Shown here: in pieces, positions 29,253-39,288 of the stretch | How positions within the stretch are numbered: position 1 is the stretch's first letter | Layout of the letters: every line of letters starts with the position of its first letter | The notes under the pieces: generated by a model | Database searches by the model: none | What the model was told of the DNA's origin: nothing | Seen by the model: only the letters and a program-made list of their open reading frames with translations | Position numbers and translations under genes: made by a program | NCBI GenBank assembly: GCA_963665295.1 | Contig: OY762209.1 | Location: forward strand, 1,344,001 to 1,408,000 | DNA: 64,000 nt | From: Syntrophorhabdaceae bacterium | GTDB taxonomy: Bacteria; Desulfobacterota; Syntrophorhabdia; Syntrophorhabdales; Syntrophorhabdaceae | Reading direction: 5' to 3'

Positions 29253-30445
29253 TGGAAGAGCTTATCCTCGCAAATGATCAGAAGATCATTTTTCTCATAC
29301 TCGATGGGCTCGGAGACATTCCGAACCCCCTTTTTTCGTATCGCACCCCCCTCGAAGCCGCAGTGAAGCCCCATATGGACGACATGGCCATCAAAGCGGG
29401 CGTCCTTGGGCGCATCATGCCGGTGGACGTGGGAGTGACCCCCGGCAGCGGCCCCGGACACCTGAGCCTTTTCGGCTATGATCCCGTCAAGTCGGAGATA
29501 GGGCGGGGGGTCCTGGAAGTGCTGGGCCTTGACATGGACCTCCAGGAAGGGGACCTTGCCGCACGGGCGAACTTCTGCACCGTGAAGGATGGTGTGGTGA
29601 CGGACCGCAGGGCGGGCAGGATTCCCACGGAGGAGACCCGGCGGATATGCGCGATCCTTGAAGATGCGGTGCCTGAAGTGGAAGGCGTGAAGGTGATCCT
29701 TAAGCCCGGAGAATCTCACCGGTTCGCGGTGATATTCAGGGGAAAAGGCCTTTCCGACGCGGTAACGGACGCGGACCCCCATAAGGACAACAAACCTTTC
29801 GCATTGGCCCGGCCCAAGGATGACACGGGCGCCTTTGCCGCGAAGGTGATCAACGGGTTCATCGCAAAGGCGATGGAAGCCATTAAAGGCGAGAAAAGGG
29901 CAAACGGCTGCCTCCTCAGGGGTTTTTCCGCGAAGCCCGCAATTCCCGCGTTCCCGGCGAAGTACAAGATGAATGCCCTTGCCATTGCCGCCTATCCCAT
30001 GTACAGGGGGATCGCGAAGGTGCTCGGCATGGACGTGTTGGAAGAGCCCGGGAGCTATGAAGACTCGGTAAGGATACTGAAGGCCAATTACGACGCCTAC
30101 CGGTTCTTCTTCGTCCACATAAAGGAAACGGACATCGCGGGGGAAGACGGCAATTTTCCCGCGAAGGTGAAAGCCATTGAAGAGGTGGACCGGATTATTT
30201 CCGATATTTACGGCCTCGACCCCGCGGTCATGGTAGTCACGGGCGACCATTCCACGCCGTGCCCCATGAAAGGCCATAGCTGGCATCCCGTGCCGCTCCT
30301 TCTCCTCACGAAAACAGGTGAGAGGGACGGACTCGCGTTTCATGAAAAAAACTGTATAGCCGGTAGTATCGGGACCATACACAGCACACAGCTCATGTCT
30401 CTAGCCCTTGCCCATGCGATGAAGCTGGACAAGTACGGTGCCTGA
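29249..30445 (+). CDS. apgM: 2,3-bisphosphoglycerate-independent phosphoglycerate mutase (archaeal type)
   Basis: LDGLGD, TPLEAA, PGSGPGHL, TGDHSTP. Confidence 0.92.
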   Translation: MMEELILANDQKIIFLILDGLGDIPNPLFSYRTPLEAAVKPHMDDMAIKAGVLGRIMPVDVGVTPGSGPGHLSLFGYDPVKSEIGRGVLEVLGLDMDLQEGDLAARANFCTVKDGVVTDRRAGRIPTEETRRICAILEDAVPEVEGVKVILKPGESHRFAVIFRGKGLSDAVTDADPHKDNKPFALARPKDDTGAFAAKVINGFIAKAMEAIKGEKRANGCLLRGFSAKPAIPAFPAKYKMNALAIAAYPMYRGIAKVLGMDVLEEPGSYEDSVRILKANYDAYRFFFVHIKETDIAGEDGNFPAKVKAIEEVDRIISDIYGLDPAVMVVTGDHSTPCPMKGHSWHPVPLLLLTKTGERDGLAFHEKNCIAGSIGTIHSTQLMSLALAHAMKLDKYGA

Positions 30446-31133
30446 TGTTTTACGAAACGTACTAGACATTCTTTTCCCCCGGCTTTGCGGAGGATGCGGC
30501 GCCCGCGGGTTCGTACTCTGCGGGGAATGTTTTGAAAACCTCCGGATGGTCGAAGAGGCATTCACCTGTCCCGTTTGTGGAAGGTGGATAGGCAGAAGAA
30601 CCATGTGCGGCGAATGCATCGTCGAAGAAAGAGGATTCCGGGAAGGCCATTACGGCTTCTACTTCGAGAACAGGCTGAGGGACGCGATCCACGCCTTCAA
30701 GTTCCAGAAAAGGAAGGACGTGGGTAGATACCTTGTTTCGCTTATAAGAGAGAAAGTGGCCGCCCTTTCCGAAAAGGTAGACGCCATAATCCCCGTCCCC
30801 ATCACCGAGAAGCGGTTGCGGGAGAGGGGCTTCAACCAATCTTTCATCATCGGCGAAGAAATATCCGGAATAACGGGTTGCCCCGTCCTCCATGCGACAC
30901 TCCTCAAGACAAGGGAGACAAAAGACCAGTACAGTCTTTCAAAGGATGAAAGACGCACGAACATAAAAGGTGTGTTTGCGGTGAAGGACAAGATATCCAT
31001 ACAAGGAAAAAGACTTCTCCTCGTGGACGACCTTTTCACCACGGGCTATACGGTGCGCGAGGCCTCCCGGGTCCTGCTCAAGGCCGGGGCGGCAGAGGTG
31101 ATCGTGTTCGCCCTCGCGAGGGCGGGGACATGA
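30438..31133 (+). CDS. comF: ComF family protein (zinc ribbon plus PRTase)
   Basis: Cys pairs, RGFNQ, VDDLFTTG. Confidence 0.9.
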   Translation: MPDVLRNVLDILFPRLCGGCGARGFVLCGECFENLRMVEEAFTCPVCGRWIGRRTMCGECIVEERGFREGHYGFYFENRLRDAIHAFKFQKRKDVGRYLVSLIREKVAALSEKVDAIIPVPITEKRLRERGFNQSFIIGEEISGITGCPVLHATLLKTRETKDQYSLSKDERRTNIKGVFAVKDKISIQGKRLLLVDDLFTTGYTVREASRVLLKAGAAEVIVFALARAGT

Positions 31134-34100
31134 AAAAGCTCCTTTGCGCTTTCGTGGTTCTCGCGGGCATTTTTGTGGTGGCCGTCCTCTCCCTGTGGTG
31201 GAACCTCCCCTCCGTAAGTTCTTATGTCATAGGAAGGCTCGCGGGCGGCGAAGTCAGGATCGAGCAGATGGGCTTCGGCTATAAGGAGGGTATCGTCACT
31301 GTCGCCCTCGAGGGCGTGCACCTGAAAGGAAGGATCACGGGTGACGCAAATACGTGGAATCTGGCCTTCGACATCAGAAAAGGTCTTTATCTCAAATATA
31401 TAACCCTGTCCGGCTTCGATTTCACCATCACGACTCCTGCGAAAAAAGCGAAGAAAGAGTATCGCATGGTGCCTACGGACCTGCTCGAAGCACGGGACGG
31501 CATCATACGGTACGGGGATCAGGTGTTCACCCTCAAGGAACTGGTTGTCGAGCACCTCAGGGTGGGAAAGCCCTTCCTCTTCCGCATCGACGTGACCAAT
31601 ACCCAGTGGTTCGGCAACCTCAAGGCGGAAGGTGAAGGACTCATGAAGGGCAAGCCCGTCTATTTCAAAGGCCGCGCATCGGTTGCCGGCATGGACATGG
31701 GGCAGTGGACCCCGAAGATGGCGGGCATCACGGACGCCCGGGGTGACTTCATCTATGAAAAGAACAAGTTGTCCGTGGACGGCTCCTTCGAAGTGGTCAA
31801 ATATGCGCTCAGGATATCCGAACTCAAGGAGCACCGCTTCCCCGGAGTGCTCGCGGGCAAGGTCCGGCTCACCCACGCCAAGAACATAACCGACATCGCG
31901 GTAAAGGGCGTGCGCTTCAAGGGAACACCTTTTGATGTCGATATCCGGCTGAACAGGGATGACGTGTCCCGCGTGGAGATTTCGTCCGGACAGGTAGACA
32001 TGGATGTAGTGAAGGAGTATGTCAACTTCGAAGATATCGAGAAAGGCTCGTCGCGGGTATGGGATTACGTGGAAGACGGCCGGGTGAGGATAAAGAAACT
32101 GAGCTATGCCCTGAAGGGTAAGACCTTCGTGGACTTTTACGTGACCGGCACCCGGGCGGTGTACAAGGATGTGACCTTCAACGGCATCGAAGCGTTCATC
32201 CACCTCGATGAAAGGAACCTCGACATCTCGGCCATGAGCGGCCGTTTCAAAGGGAGCGCTTTCCACGATGTTTCCGCCAGGTTTACCCTTTCCAATGGGA
32301 AGATTGCCGCAAAGGGCGCGTATTCCCTCGACCTTAAGGATATCGGCGCCATCGCCAAGGTGAGCGATCTCACGTTTAAGGACGGCCTCACCACCGGTGT
32401 GGTTGCCATGGAGCGAAGAAAGGACGGGAAGTTCGACTTCAGCGGCAGCGGCGCGCTGGAAAACGGCGAAATCGTGTGGAAGGAGATACCCCTCCATTCG
32501 AAGGGCACGTACCGGTTCACCAACTCGACCCTCACCTTCGAGTCCCTCAATGTAAGCCGTGACGGCACGGACCTCGACATTACCGGACTTTTGACCGCGA
32601 AAGAGATGAAGCTCAACCTGAAAGGCCGCCTCGACGCGGCCCACGTGGAGCGGATTTATCCCTTGCCATTCAAGGCGGCAGGGGCCGCGGACCTCGACGT
32701 GCTGATCGACCGCACCGGCGAAGGCTTTCATGCCGCAGGCTCCCTCGGCATGAACGATGTGGCCTACGAGTTCCCGGACCTCATGAAGAAAGGGAAAGGG
32801 ATAGCGAATATGGTCCGGTTCGACATTTCCCAGGGGGACGAGGGGGTCCATATCGCCCGACTCAAATATGACCTCGATGTCATTGACCTCGATGTCACCG
32901 GCGACATAAGAAAGAACAGGAAGATGGACCTCGACGTTTCCATGAAGGTGGACGGGTTCGAGAGGGTGGCAAAGCTCTTCCTGGTGAACGATGACGGCGC
33001 CAGGGGAGACGCGCAGGCCGTCCTGTCCATCAGGGGCGTGGACCTCGTGAACAGGAGGACGTCATCCATAAAGGGCTACATGCACGTGAACAACGGGTTT
33101 GTGAGGCTCCCGGGGATGACGAAACCCTTCAAGGAGATAAACCTCACCGCAGACTTCAACGGCAACAACTTCGACATCCATATGACCCGGTTCAGGTGCG
33201 GGAACACGGTGCTCAAGGGGGGCGACCTCCATGTTGAGGGCCTTGAATCCCCCCGTTTTGTCCTTTCCCTCAATATGGACATGCTCGACCTTGCCGATTT
33301 CGAGGGCCGGTCGGAGTTCAAAATGAGCGGGCTCCGGCAGAATAACTCCTTTGCCCGTGCAAACGGACGCATCAGCTTCCTGGCAAGGGAGATGAGGGCG
33401 GGAAAATTCACTGCCAAAGACCTCACCCTTGCGGGCGTTATGGCGGACAGGAAGATCAATATCTCGGAATTCAAGGCGGACCTCTTCGGCGGCAGCGCCG
33501 ACGTGCACGGCACCATGGATTTTTCGGGTCCCGCCCCGCGGTTCTATGCGAGCGGCAGGATCGACAGGATAAAGGCCGGACTGTTGCTCGCGGCCTTCGA
33601 CGCCAATGCCCATATCTTTGACAGTACCGGGCTCGCGTACGGGAGCCTGAGCGCCCGGGGCGAGAAGCCGGAGGAGTGGCTGAAGAGCTTGAACGGCGAT
33701 CTGACCCTTTACAGCAAAGACGGGGTGATCAAGAAGTGGGACCTCCTTTCGAAGATCTTCGGGGTCCTCAACATCTACGATCTCGTGAGGGGCAAGGTCG
33801 ATCTCAGGGCCGACGGGCTTCCGTACAACAAAATGGGGGCGAGCTTCCGCGTGAAAGACGGCGTGTTCCGGACGGATAACTTCATCATCGACAGCTATGC
33901 CATGGTGATTACCGGGGCGGGGGACGTGAATGCGAGCAAGAAGGAGATCGCGGCGAGCATCACCGTGTCGCCCCTCGTGGCCATCGACACCTTTCTGGAC
34001 AAGATACCCATCATAAGGAGCGTTTTGAGAGGGAAGAAGAAGGGGTTCCTTTACGTGTCCTATGACGTGAAAGGCCCCATGGACGACCCGGACGTGAGCG

Positions 34101-34183
34101 TGAGCTTCATCGACAGCATCGGGACGAAGCCCCTCCAGATCATAAGAAATATACTGACTTTGCCTAAAGAGGTGTTCGAGTGA
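31130..34183 (+). CDS. AsmA-like C-terminal domain protein
   Basis: N-terminal TM anchor, beta-rich body, C-terminal KIPII...VKGPMDDP. Confidence 0.75.
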   Translation: MKKLLCAFVVLAGIFVVAVLSLWWNLPSVSSYVIGRLAGGEVRIEQMGFGYKEGIVTVALEGVHLKGRITGDANTWNLAFDIRKGLYLKYITLSGFDFTITTPAKKAKKEYRMVPTDLLEARDGIIRYGDQVFTLKELVVEHLRVGKPFLFRIDVTNTQWFGNLKAEGEGLMKGKPVYFKGRASVAGMDMGQWTPKMAGITDARGDFIYEKNKLSVDGSFEVVKYALRISELKEHRFPGVLAGKVRLTHAKNITDIAVKGVRFKGTPFDVDIRLNRDDVSRVEISSGQVDMDVVKEYVNFEDIEKGSSRVWDYVEDGRVRIKKLSYALKGKTFVDFYVTGTRAVYKDVTFNGIEAFIHLDERNLDISAMSGRFKGSAFHDVSARFTLSNGKIAAKGAYSLDLKDIGAIAKVSDLTFKDGLTTGVVAMERRKDGKFDFSGSGALENGEIVWKEIPLHSKGTYRFTNSTLTFESLNVSRDGTDLDITGLLTAKEMKLNLKGRLDAAHVERIYPLPFKAAGAADLDVLIDRTGEGFHAAGSLGMNDVAYEFPDLMKKGKGIANMVRFDISQGDEGVHIARLKYDLDVIDLDVTGDIRKNRKMDLDVSMKVDGFERVAKLFLVNDDGARGDAQAVLSIRGVDLVNRRTSSIKGYMHVNNGFVRLPGMTKPFKEINLTADFNGNNFDIHMTRFRCGNTVLKGGDLHVEGLESPRFVLSLNMDMLDLADFEGRSEFKMSGLRQNNSFARANGRISFLAREMRAGKFTAKDLTLAGVMADRKINISEFKADLFGGSADVHGTMDFSGPAPRFYASGRIDRIKAGLLLAAFDANAHIFDSTGLAYGSLSARGEKPEEWLKSLNGDLTLYSKDGVIKKWDLLSKIFGVLNIYDLVRGKVDLRADGLPYNKMGASFRVKDGVFRTDNFIIDSYAMVITGAGDVNASKKEIAASITVSPLVAIDTFLDKIPIIRSVLRGKKKGFLYVSYDVKGPMDDPDVSVSFIDSIGTKPLQIIRNILTLPKEVFE

Positions 34184-35043
34184 AAATAGGGATTATCGGC
34201 GCGGGAAAAGTGGGAACGGCCATAGGCCATGCCATGAAGGACAGAGGCCTCGATGTGGTGGCCATATCGGATGTAAGAGACGAGTCCCTGGAGGCAGCGG
34301 GACGGTATCTGGGGAAGGGGTGCCTTTATACCCACCATAACCGGGCAGTGGTAGAGGCGTCGGACGTGATCGCCGTGACGACTCAGGACAGGGAAATACG
34401 AAGGGTGGCGCGGGAGGTTTACGAGGCCCCGACCGAAGTGAGGGGCAAGCTCTTCTTCCACACGAGCGGTGCCCATCCGTCGTCCATACTGTCCCCCCTT
34501 GACGAAAGAGGGGCAATCCTGGGCTCCCTCCATCCCCTGCAGACCTTCCCGGATATCGAGAGCGCTATAAGGGTGCTTCCGAGCACCTATGTATTCATCG
34601 AAGGCGACGAAGCCGCCCTGGGGACGCTACGGACCCTGGGTGCTGCGATAGGCTATCAGGCGGTAGTGATCGAAGGCCCTCAGAAGGTCCTCTATCACCT
34701 CTCCGCGGTCTTTGTCTGCAACCTCCTCTGTGCCCTCTTCTACAATGCGGAAGGAGTTATGGAAAAAATAGGCATAGACCTGGTCCCCTTTCACCCCATT
34801 ATCAACGCGACGTTAAAGAACATAGAAGAAAAAGGCCCGTTACTGTCCCTCACCGGCCCCATAGCGAGAGGCGACGCGGAAACGGTCCAAGACCACCTGA
34901 CCGCAATGAAAGGAATGGAATCCCAGCAGCGCACCTACAAGTCCCTGTCCCTTGTAGCGTTAGAAATGGCCGAAAGAAGAAATATCCTCGACAAAGAAAC
35001 CCTGGAAAAACTGCAAGCCGTCCTGAAAACCATAAAAGAGTAA
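34180..35043 (+). CDS. Rossmann-like plus DUF2520 oxidoreductase (PanG-like)
   Basis: GAGKVG, HTSGA, HPLQTF, YH...N, LTGPIARGD. Confidence 0.88.
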   Translation: MKIGIIGAGKVGTAIGHAMKDRGLDVVAISDVRDESLEAAGRYLGKGCLYTHHNRAVVEASDVIAVTTQDREIRRVAREVYEAPTEVRGKLFFHTSGAHPSSILSPLDERGAILGSLHPLQTFPDIESAIRVLPSTYVFIEGDEAALGTLRTLGAAIGYQAVVIEGPQKVLYHLSAVFVCNLLCALFYNAEGVMEKIGIDLVPFHPIINATLKNIEEKGPLLSLTGPIARGDAETVQDHLTAMKGMESQQRTYKSLSLVALEMAERRNILDKETLEKLQAVLKTIKE

Positions 35044-35828
35044 AGCGTCCGGCGCGAGCGAAGGCGGCGAGCAGGCAGCCGGTCGGGCAGTGCGGCGTGG
35101 TAGAGCGAAAGGAAAGGTCCGGTGCGATTGGGAGTCCGTTCACGAGGTGACGGGCAGCGTCGGTGCGGGCCGCGTTGGAGGGATGAGCGTCGGTGCGGGC
35201 CGCGAGGCTTTGGGAGCGGGAGGTTATTGTCTTCCCGTTGTTTGTTGGTGTGAATGGTGCAGTGGATAGGTGGGGGCATGAAGCGAAGACTCCATATGCA
35301 CCCCTCTGCAAAGGGGCGAGCCCTCCTCCGTACGAGAGTACGGCTCCGGTCCACACCCCTTCACAGCCGGGCACATCTGAAGCCTTCACTCCATGCCCCC
35401 GCCTACTCCACCCGGCACATCTTATTTATTTTTAATCAATGGATGCCGGAAATAAAGGCCCAGTTGAAGAAGGGAGTATCACAAGTACTTTTGTTCCTTA
35501 CCCATAAGGAAGGCCCGTAGGGTTTCAGAGGGTTTATGGGTGTGGGGGGACGTCTTAAATATTTCAATCGACAATGTGACCTCGAGACTAGAGGGGCATC
35601 CTGTGGCGCGGTCTGGCACGTTGAAACAGAAGCCTTTGGCGCGAATAAACGCACGCGTGAAGTAATGTGTCTTTACAAATCAGCGTGGCGCAAGATATTG
35701 AAAATGAATCCAGGTAGTAAGACTATGGGGGCGTGGGAACGTAGTTTCTTTTGTTACACCTAAGCTTTTGTTATGCCTCTATACTCTCAGCCGGTGCATC
35801 TTTAGGCACCGGCTCGTGACGTGAAAAA

Positions 35829-35857
35829 TTGACACGAAACCGCGTTTGCGGTAAGAT
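35829..35857 (+). promoter_or_regulatory. sigma70 promoter of hicBA with a palindromic spacer
   Basis: TTGACA-17-TAAGAT; CCGC-GTTT-GCGG within the spacer. Confidence 0.65.
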
Positions 35858-35886
35858 TTCGTCATAGTACGAGAGCGTATCAAGCG

Positions 35887-36099
35887 GTGGAGGGCAGAAT
35901 GATCTACCATATTCTTATCGAACAGGACGAAGAAGGGTATTACGTGGTGAGCGTTCCGGCCCTGCCCGGGTGCGCCTCTCAGGGTAAAACCAAGGAAGAA
36001 GCGGTCCGGAATATACGGGAGGCCATCGCGGGATGGTTCGAAGTTATGGAAATGAAGAGCTGCGCGGACACTTCCCGCCTTATCGAAATCGCGGTTTAA
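35887..36099 (+). CDS. hicB: HicB family antitoxin (short, no DNA-binding domain)
   Basis: VPALPGCASQGKTKEEAVRNIREAI; start may be ATG 35899. Confidence 0.9.
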   Translation: MEGRMIYHILIEQDEEGYYVVSVPALPGCASQGKTKEEAVRNIREAIAGWFEVMEMKSCADTSRLIEIAV

Positions 36100-36102
36100 G
36101 GA

Positions 36103-36321
36103 ATGACCGGATTAAAGTTATGCTCCGGGTCCGAGACAGTTAAGAAACTGAAACGGGCCGGGTGGAGCATCGCAAGGCAAAGAGGATCGCACGTAATGAT
36201 GGTAAAAGAGGGCTACGAGTGGACCCTTTCAATACCACAACACGCCGAACTTGGGCCGGGTTTGCTTAAGAAATTAATCGAGCAGGCAGGCATTAGCGTC
36301 GAAGAATTTAACGAACTATAG
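36103..36321 (+). CDS. hicA: HicA family toxin
   Basis: RQRGSH...IPQH.EL.PG.L. Confidence 0.9.
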   Translation: MTGLKLCSGSETVKKLKRAGWSIARQRGSHVMMVKEGYEWTLSIPQHAELGPGLLKKLIEQAGISVEEFNEL

Positions 36322-36875
36322 TTAGACCTCCCGGCCGAGGCGCAGCTAACGAAACGCGACAAAGAAAAACGGGGTTGACAAACTAATAAACCGGGGTCAA
36401 AATTTACGGTCGGTTGCCGGAGAACACTGACCGGAAAGCATGTCTGGAAACGCTTTGGTGAAAGCTCGTACCCAGCCTCAATAACGATTCAAGACCCAAT
36501 ATTCCTCATGGTCGGACCTACTAATCTCCATGCAATAGACGCATCGGAGAAGTAGGCTGGACGACCATTTACTATTTGCTTTGCATAATCTAATCTTATT
36601 GAAATGTCGCGACGAGTACCGGGCAAGCCAGGGGGCAGGTATGCGTCAGAGTGCGAAGGTCTTATTGAGCAGATGAGGAATGCGACGTCTGACGAACTGC
36701 GAGTGTCGGTGGCCTTTCCGGTTTGGTCAACCAAGAAGCGAGTAAGTATCTGGAAACCCTGTTATGCCTCTATACTCTCAAGAGGTGCGTCTTTAGGTAC
36801 CGGCTCAAGACGGAGAATGACAGTGACGGTGCGGTGTGCTATACTTCGCCAAAGGATGAAAAGGAGGTTTTTGCC

Positions 36876-37952
36876 ATGACACTGCGACATGCAGCAGTCC
36901 TTTGCCGGCGCGCGCTTACATTCCTGGTGGTTCTTATGCTGCCCGTGTGCTTTCACGCCATGCCCGTATTTGCCGATGCCTCCGACGATATGGAGGCGGC
37001 CGCCAAGCCGACTGAAATGACCACGTCGAAAGGACGGGCCTGCTATGACACCTCACGCCACAAAGTGCTGTCCGTCCCCGTGGCGCGGGGGGTCCATGTC
37101 GAGGTGCTCGATTGGGGCGGTTCCGGAGATCCCCTGGTGTTTCTTGCGGGACTCGGCAACAGCGCCCACATCTTCGATGAGTTCGCCTATCAGTTTACCG
37201 ACAAGTTCAGGGTCATCGGCATCACGCGGCGGGGATACGGCCAGTCGAGCAGGCCAAAGCAGGGTCCCGAGCCGAATACAGGCTACGATATCACGACAAG
37301 GGCAGCGGACGACATCAAGGTCCTCGATCACTTCAAGTTCCAGAAGGCGATCTTTGTGGGGCACTCCGTTGCGGGGGTCGAGTTGGGCCGCCTCGGTGCG
37401 GTATATCCGGACCGGGTGATCAAGCTTGCATTCCTGGATGCTTACGACTACGGCCCCCTCCACGAGAAAATCCCCACCGATATCCCCGGCCCTCCGGGTC
37501 AGGCGCGCGACCTTTACTCCCCGCAGCACCTTGACGCCTATACCGTCCGCAACATGGGCTACCGGGGTGTGGCCGCCGATACCTGCAATGTCTTCAACAT
37601 CAACGGTGCGGGAAACGTGCTCGCCAACAAGACGACCAGGGAGATAGGCGACGCCGTCATAAAAGGTTCCGGCCTTGCGGACTTTGCGAGCATCACCGCG
37701 CCCACCCTGGGCATATTCACCTATCCGCAGGCGACTCCGCCCTATTATTATTTCCTGACCGCCGAGCAGCAGAAGACATTCGATGACGCCATGGCCCTGC
37801 TGGCCGTGTGGAAAGACGACGTAATCGACCGTTTCAGCGCGGGCATCAAGGATGTACAGGTAGTAAAGATACCCAATGCCCCCCACTATATCTTTCGGAG
37901 CAACGAGGCCGAAGTGGTGCACCTCCTCAGGACGTTCCTGCTAGGGGGATGA
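36876..37952 (+). CDS. Exported alpha/beta hydrolase
   Basis: AGGAGG RBS plus ATG 36876; signal peptide; TRRGYGQS, GHSVAG, C-terminal His. Confidence 0.85.
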   Translation: MTLRHAAVLCRRALTFLVVLMLPVCFHAMPVFADASDDMEAAAKPTEMTTSKGRACYDTSRHKVLSVPVARGVHVEVLDWGGSGDPLVFLAGLGNSAHIFDEFAYQFTDKFRVIGITRRGYGQSSRPKQGPEPNTGYDITTRAADDIKVLDHFKFQKAIFVGHSVAGVELGRLGAVYPDRVIKLAFLDAYDYGPLHEKIPTDIPGPPGQARDLYSPQHLDAYTVRNMGYRGVAADTCNVFNINGAGNVLANKTTREIGDAVIKGSGLADFASITAPTLGIFTYPQATPPYYYFLTAEQQKTFDDAMALLAVWKDDVIDRFSAGIKDVQVVKIPNAPHYIFRSNEAEVVHLLRTFLLGG

Positions 37953-38019
37953 GCCGCGCTTTTCAAGGGGGGCTCCAGGGAGGCGTGGGCCTACTACGTG
38001 GACGACGGACAATAACCCC

Positions 38020-38497
38020 TCGCCGTCAGGCCGGAGGCACTGTCGCCGGTGGCGTAGCGGCTAGCGAAATGAGATCAGCAATGATCGAACAATCATGTCT
38101 CGATGAGAGAAATGGCCGTGGTGGGAGTGTAGGCTTTAATGGGGATCATTACAAATTGGGCGGTAGCCGTTTTGATGAAGCTAATCCCAATGCTCTCAGT
38201 TGGCTTGGAGGGCAGCAGGGTGGCAGGGGCTCTTTGTTTGGTATGATTCACTATTCACCCGGACCATTTTGGGATCATGTGGTTGAAACGTTCGCAGGGC
38301 CTCATGATTTCCTCAACTGGTATTGGTATAATGCCACGGGAACTATACGGCAAGGTATGAGCTGTCTCGAGGTAGCTATCGGTGAAGTCATAAATGCAGT
38401 CGATATACCTCTTGCCGCTCCTTTTGCGGCCGCAAGCATCACTCCCTCTCCCGTAGGAGGATTTATTGCGGCCCATATCGTGACTGATAGGCGATAA
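38020..38497 (+). pseudogene. Headless C-terminal fragment of a polymorphic (Rhs/FHA-like) toxin
   Basis: LGGQQGG.GSLFG...Y.PG...VETFAGPHDFLN pattern recalled from Rhs-type C-termini; GC drop; no credible start. Confidence 0.55.
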
Positions 38498-38509
38498 GGA
38501 GATTGCGCT

Positions 38510-38824
38510 GTGAAGGTAAAGATATTTTTGACTGCGATATTTACGTTTGGAATCTTGAGCTCATGTATCTCACATGAACGGGCAAAGCAATTGTTTGTTT
38601 ATGAAAGAAACTACGATGTGGGGAGAGCAGTCACCGTAGTTCCTCTTCCAAAACCCACTAAAATAGTACCGATTGATACGGAAAGCAGTCTTTATGTATA
38701 TGAATTCCAGAATACTGGTTGCCAATGGTCATACGTAGTCGATGACTCGACCAAAAGCATTCTTTCATGGAAGTTCATTAGCGACCCCGACCTGTGCTAC
38801 ATGAAGTTGCGAGCGGGTTATTAG
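38510..38824 (+). CDS. Small lipoprotein, candidate immunity protein
   Basis: AGGAG RBS, lipobox LSSC, directly after the toxin-like tail; followed by CATTAGGGACATCC (38830-38843). Confidence 0.7.
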   Translation: MKVKIFLTAIFTFGILSSCISHERAKQLFVYERNYDVGRAVTVVPLPKPTKIVPIDTESSLYVYEFQNTGCQWSYVVDDSTKSILSWKFISDPDLCYMKLRAGY

Positions 38825-39288
38825 GAAACCATTAGGGACATCCGTTGAATAGTACCCCTCAGGTTCAATTGAAAAGGGTCTTCCTAAGGGAGTATGGCAG
38901 GGAAGTCGGCGTCCCTGGTTCGCAGGGGTTTACTCGGTATGAAAACAAAGAGTTACGTTTCCGGTCGCATTTAGAGGCGTGAAAGACGTCCTCAAACATT
39001 CCAATTGACAATGTGACCTCAAAACCGGAGGGACATCCTGTGCTGCGGCCTGGCACGTAGAAACAGAAGCCCTTGACGCAGGGCAAGAGTGCCCCCACAT
39101 GGTTTGATTGTGTCCGATGCGTCCTATCCTTTGCCATTTTCGCTATAAGTCCTCATAGCTATCCCGACTCAATAATAATTCTCACATGATATAACTGTGA
39201 TTCATCAGATTCACATTTTCGCTTGGACAGAAGACGATCCGGTAGTGTATCTTGCAACAGGTTAAAAGATTAATCGGACGGGAGGTTT

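Noticed and set aside
31046..32851. 601-aa minus-strand ORF, plus other long antisense ORFs (28083-29216, 29069-30382, 46240-47298, 49227-50900)
   Set aside because: Shadow frames of well-supported genes in GC-rich coding sequence, with no recognisable motifs.
36416..36760. Possible gene between hicA and the hydrolase
   Set aside because: Only short broken frames with no recognisable family; probably debris.
37808..38497. 229-aa ORF as a complete gene
   Set aside because: The first ~70 codons overlap the hydrolase and intergenic DNA with no RBS. Only the 3' part looks coding.
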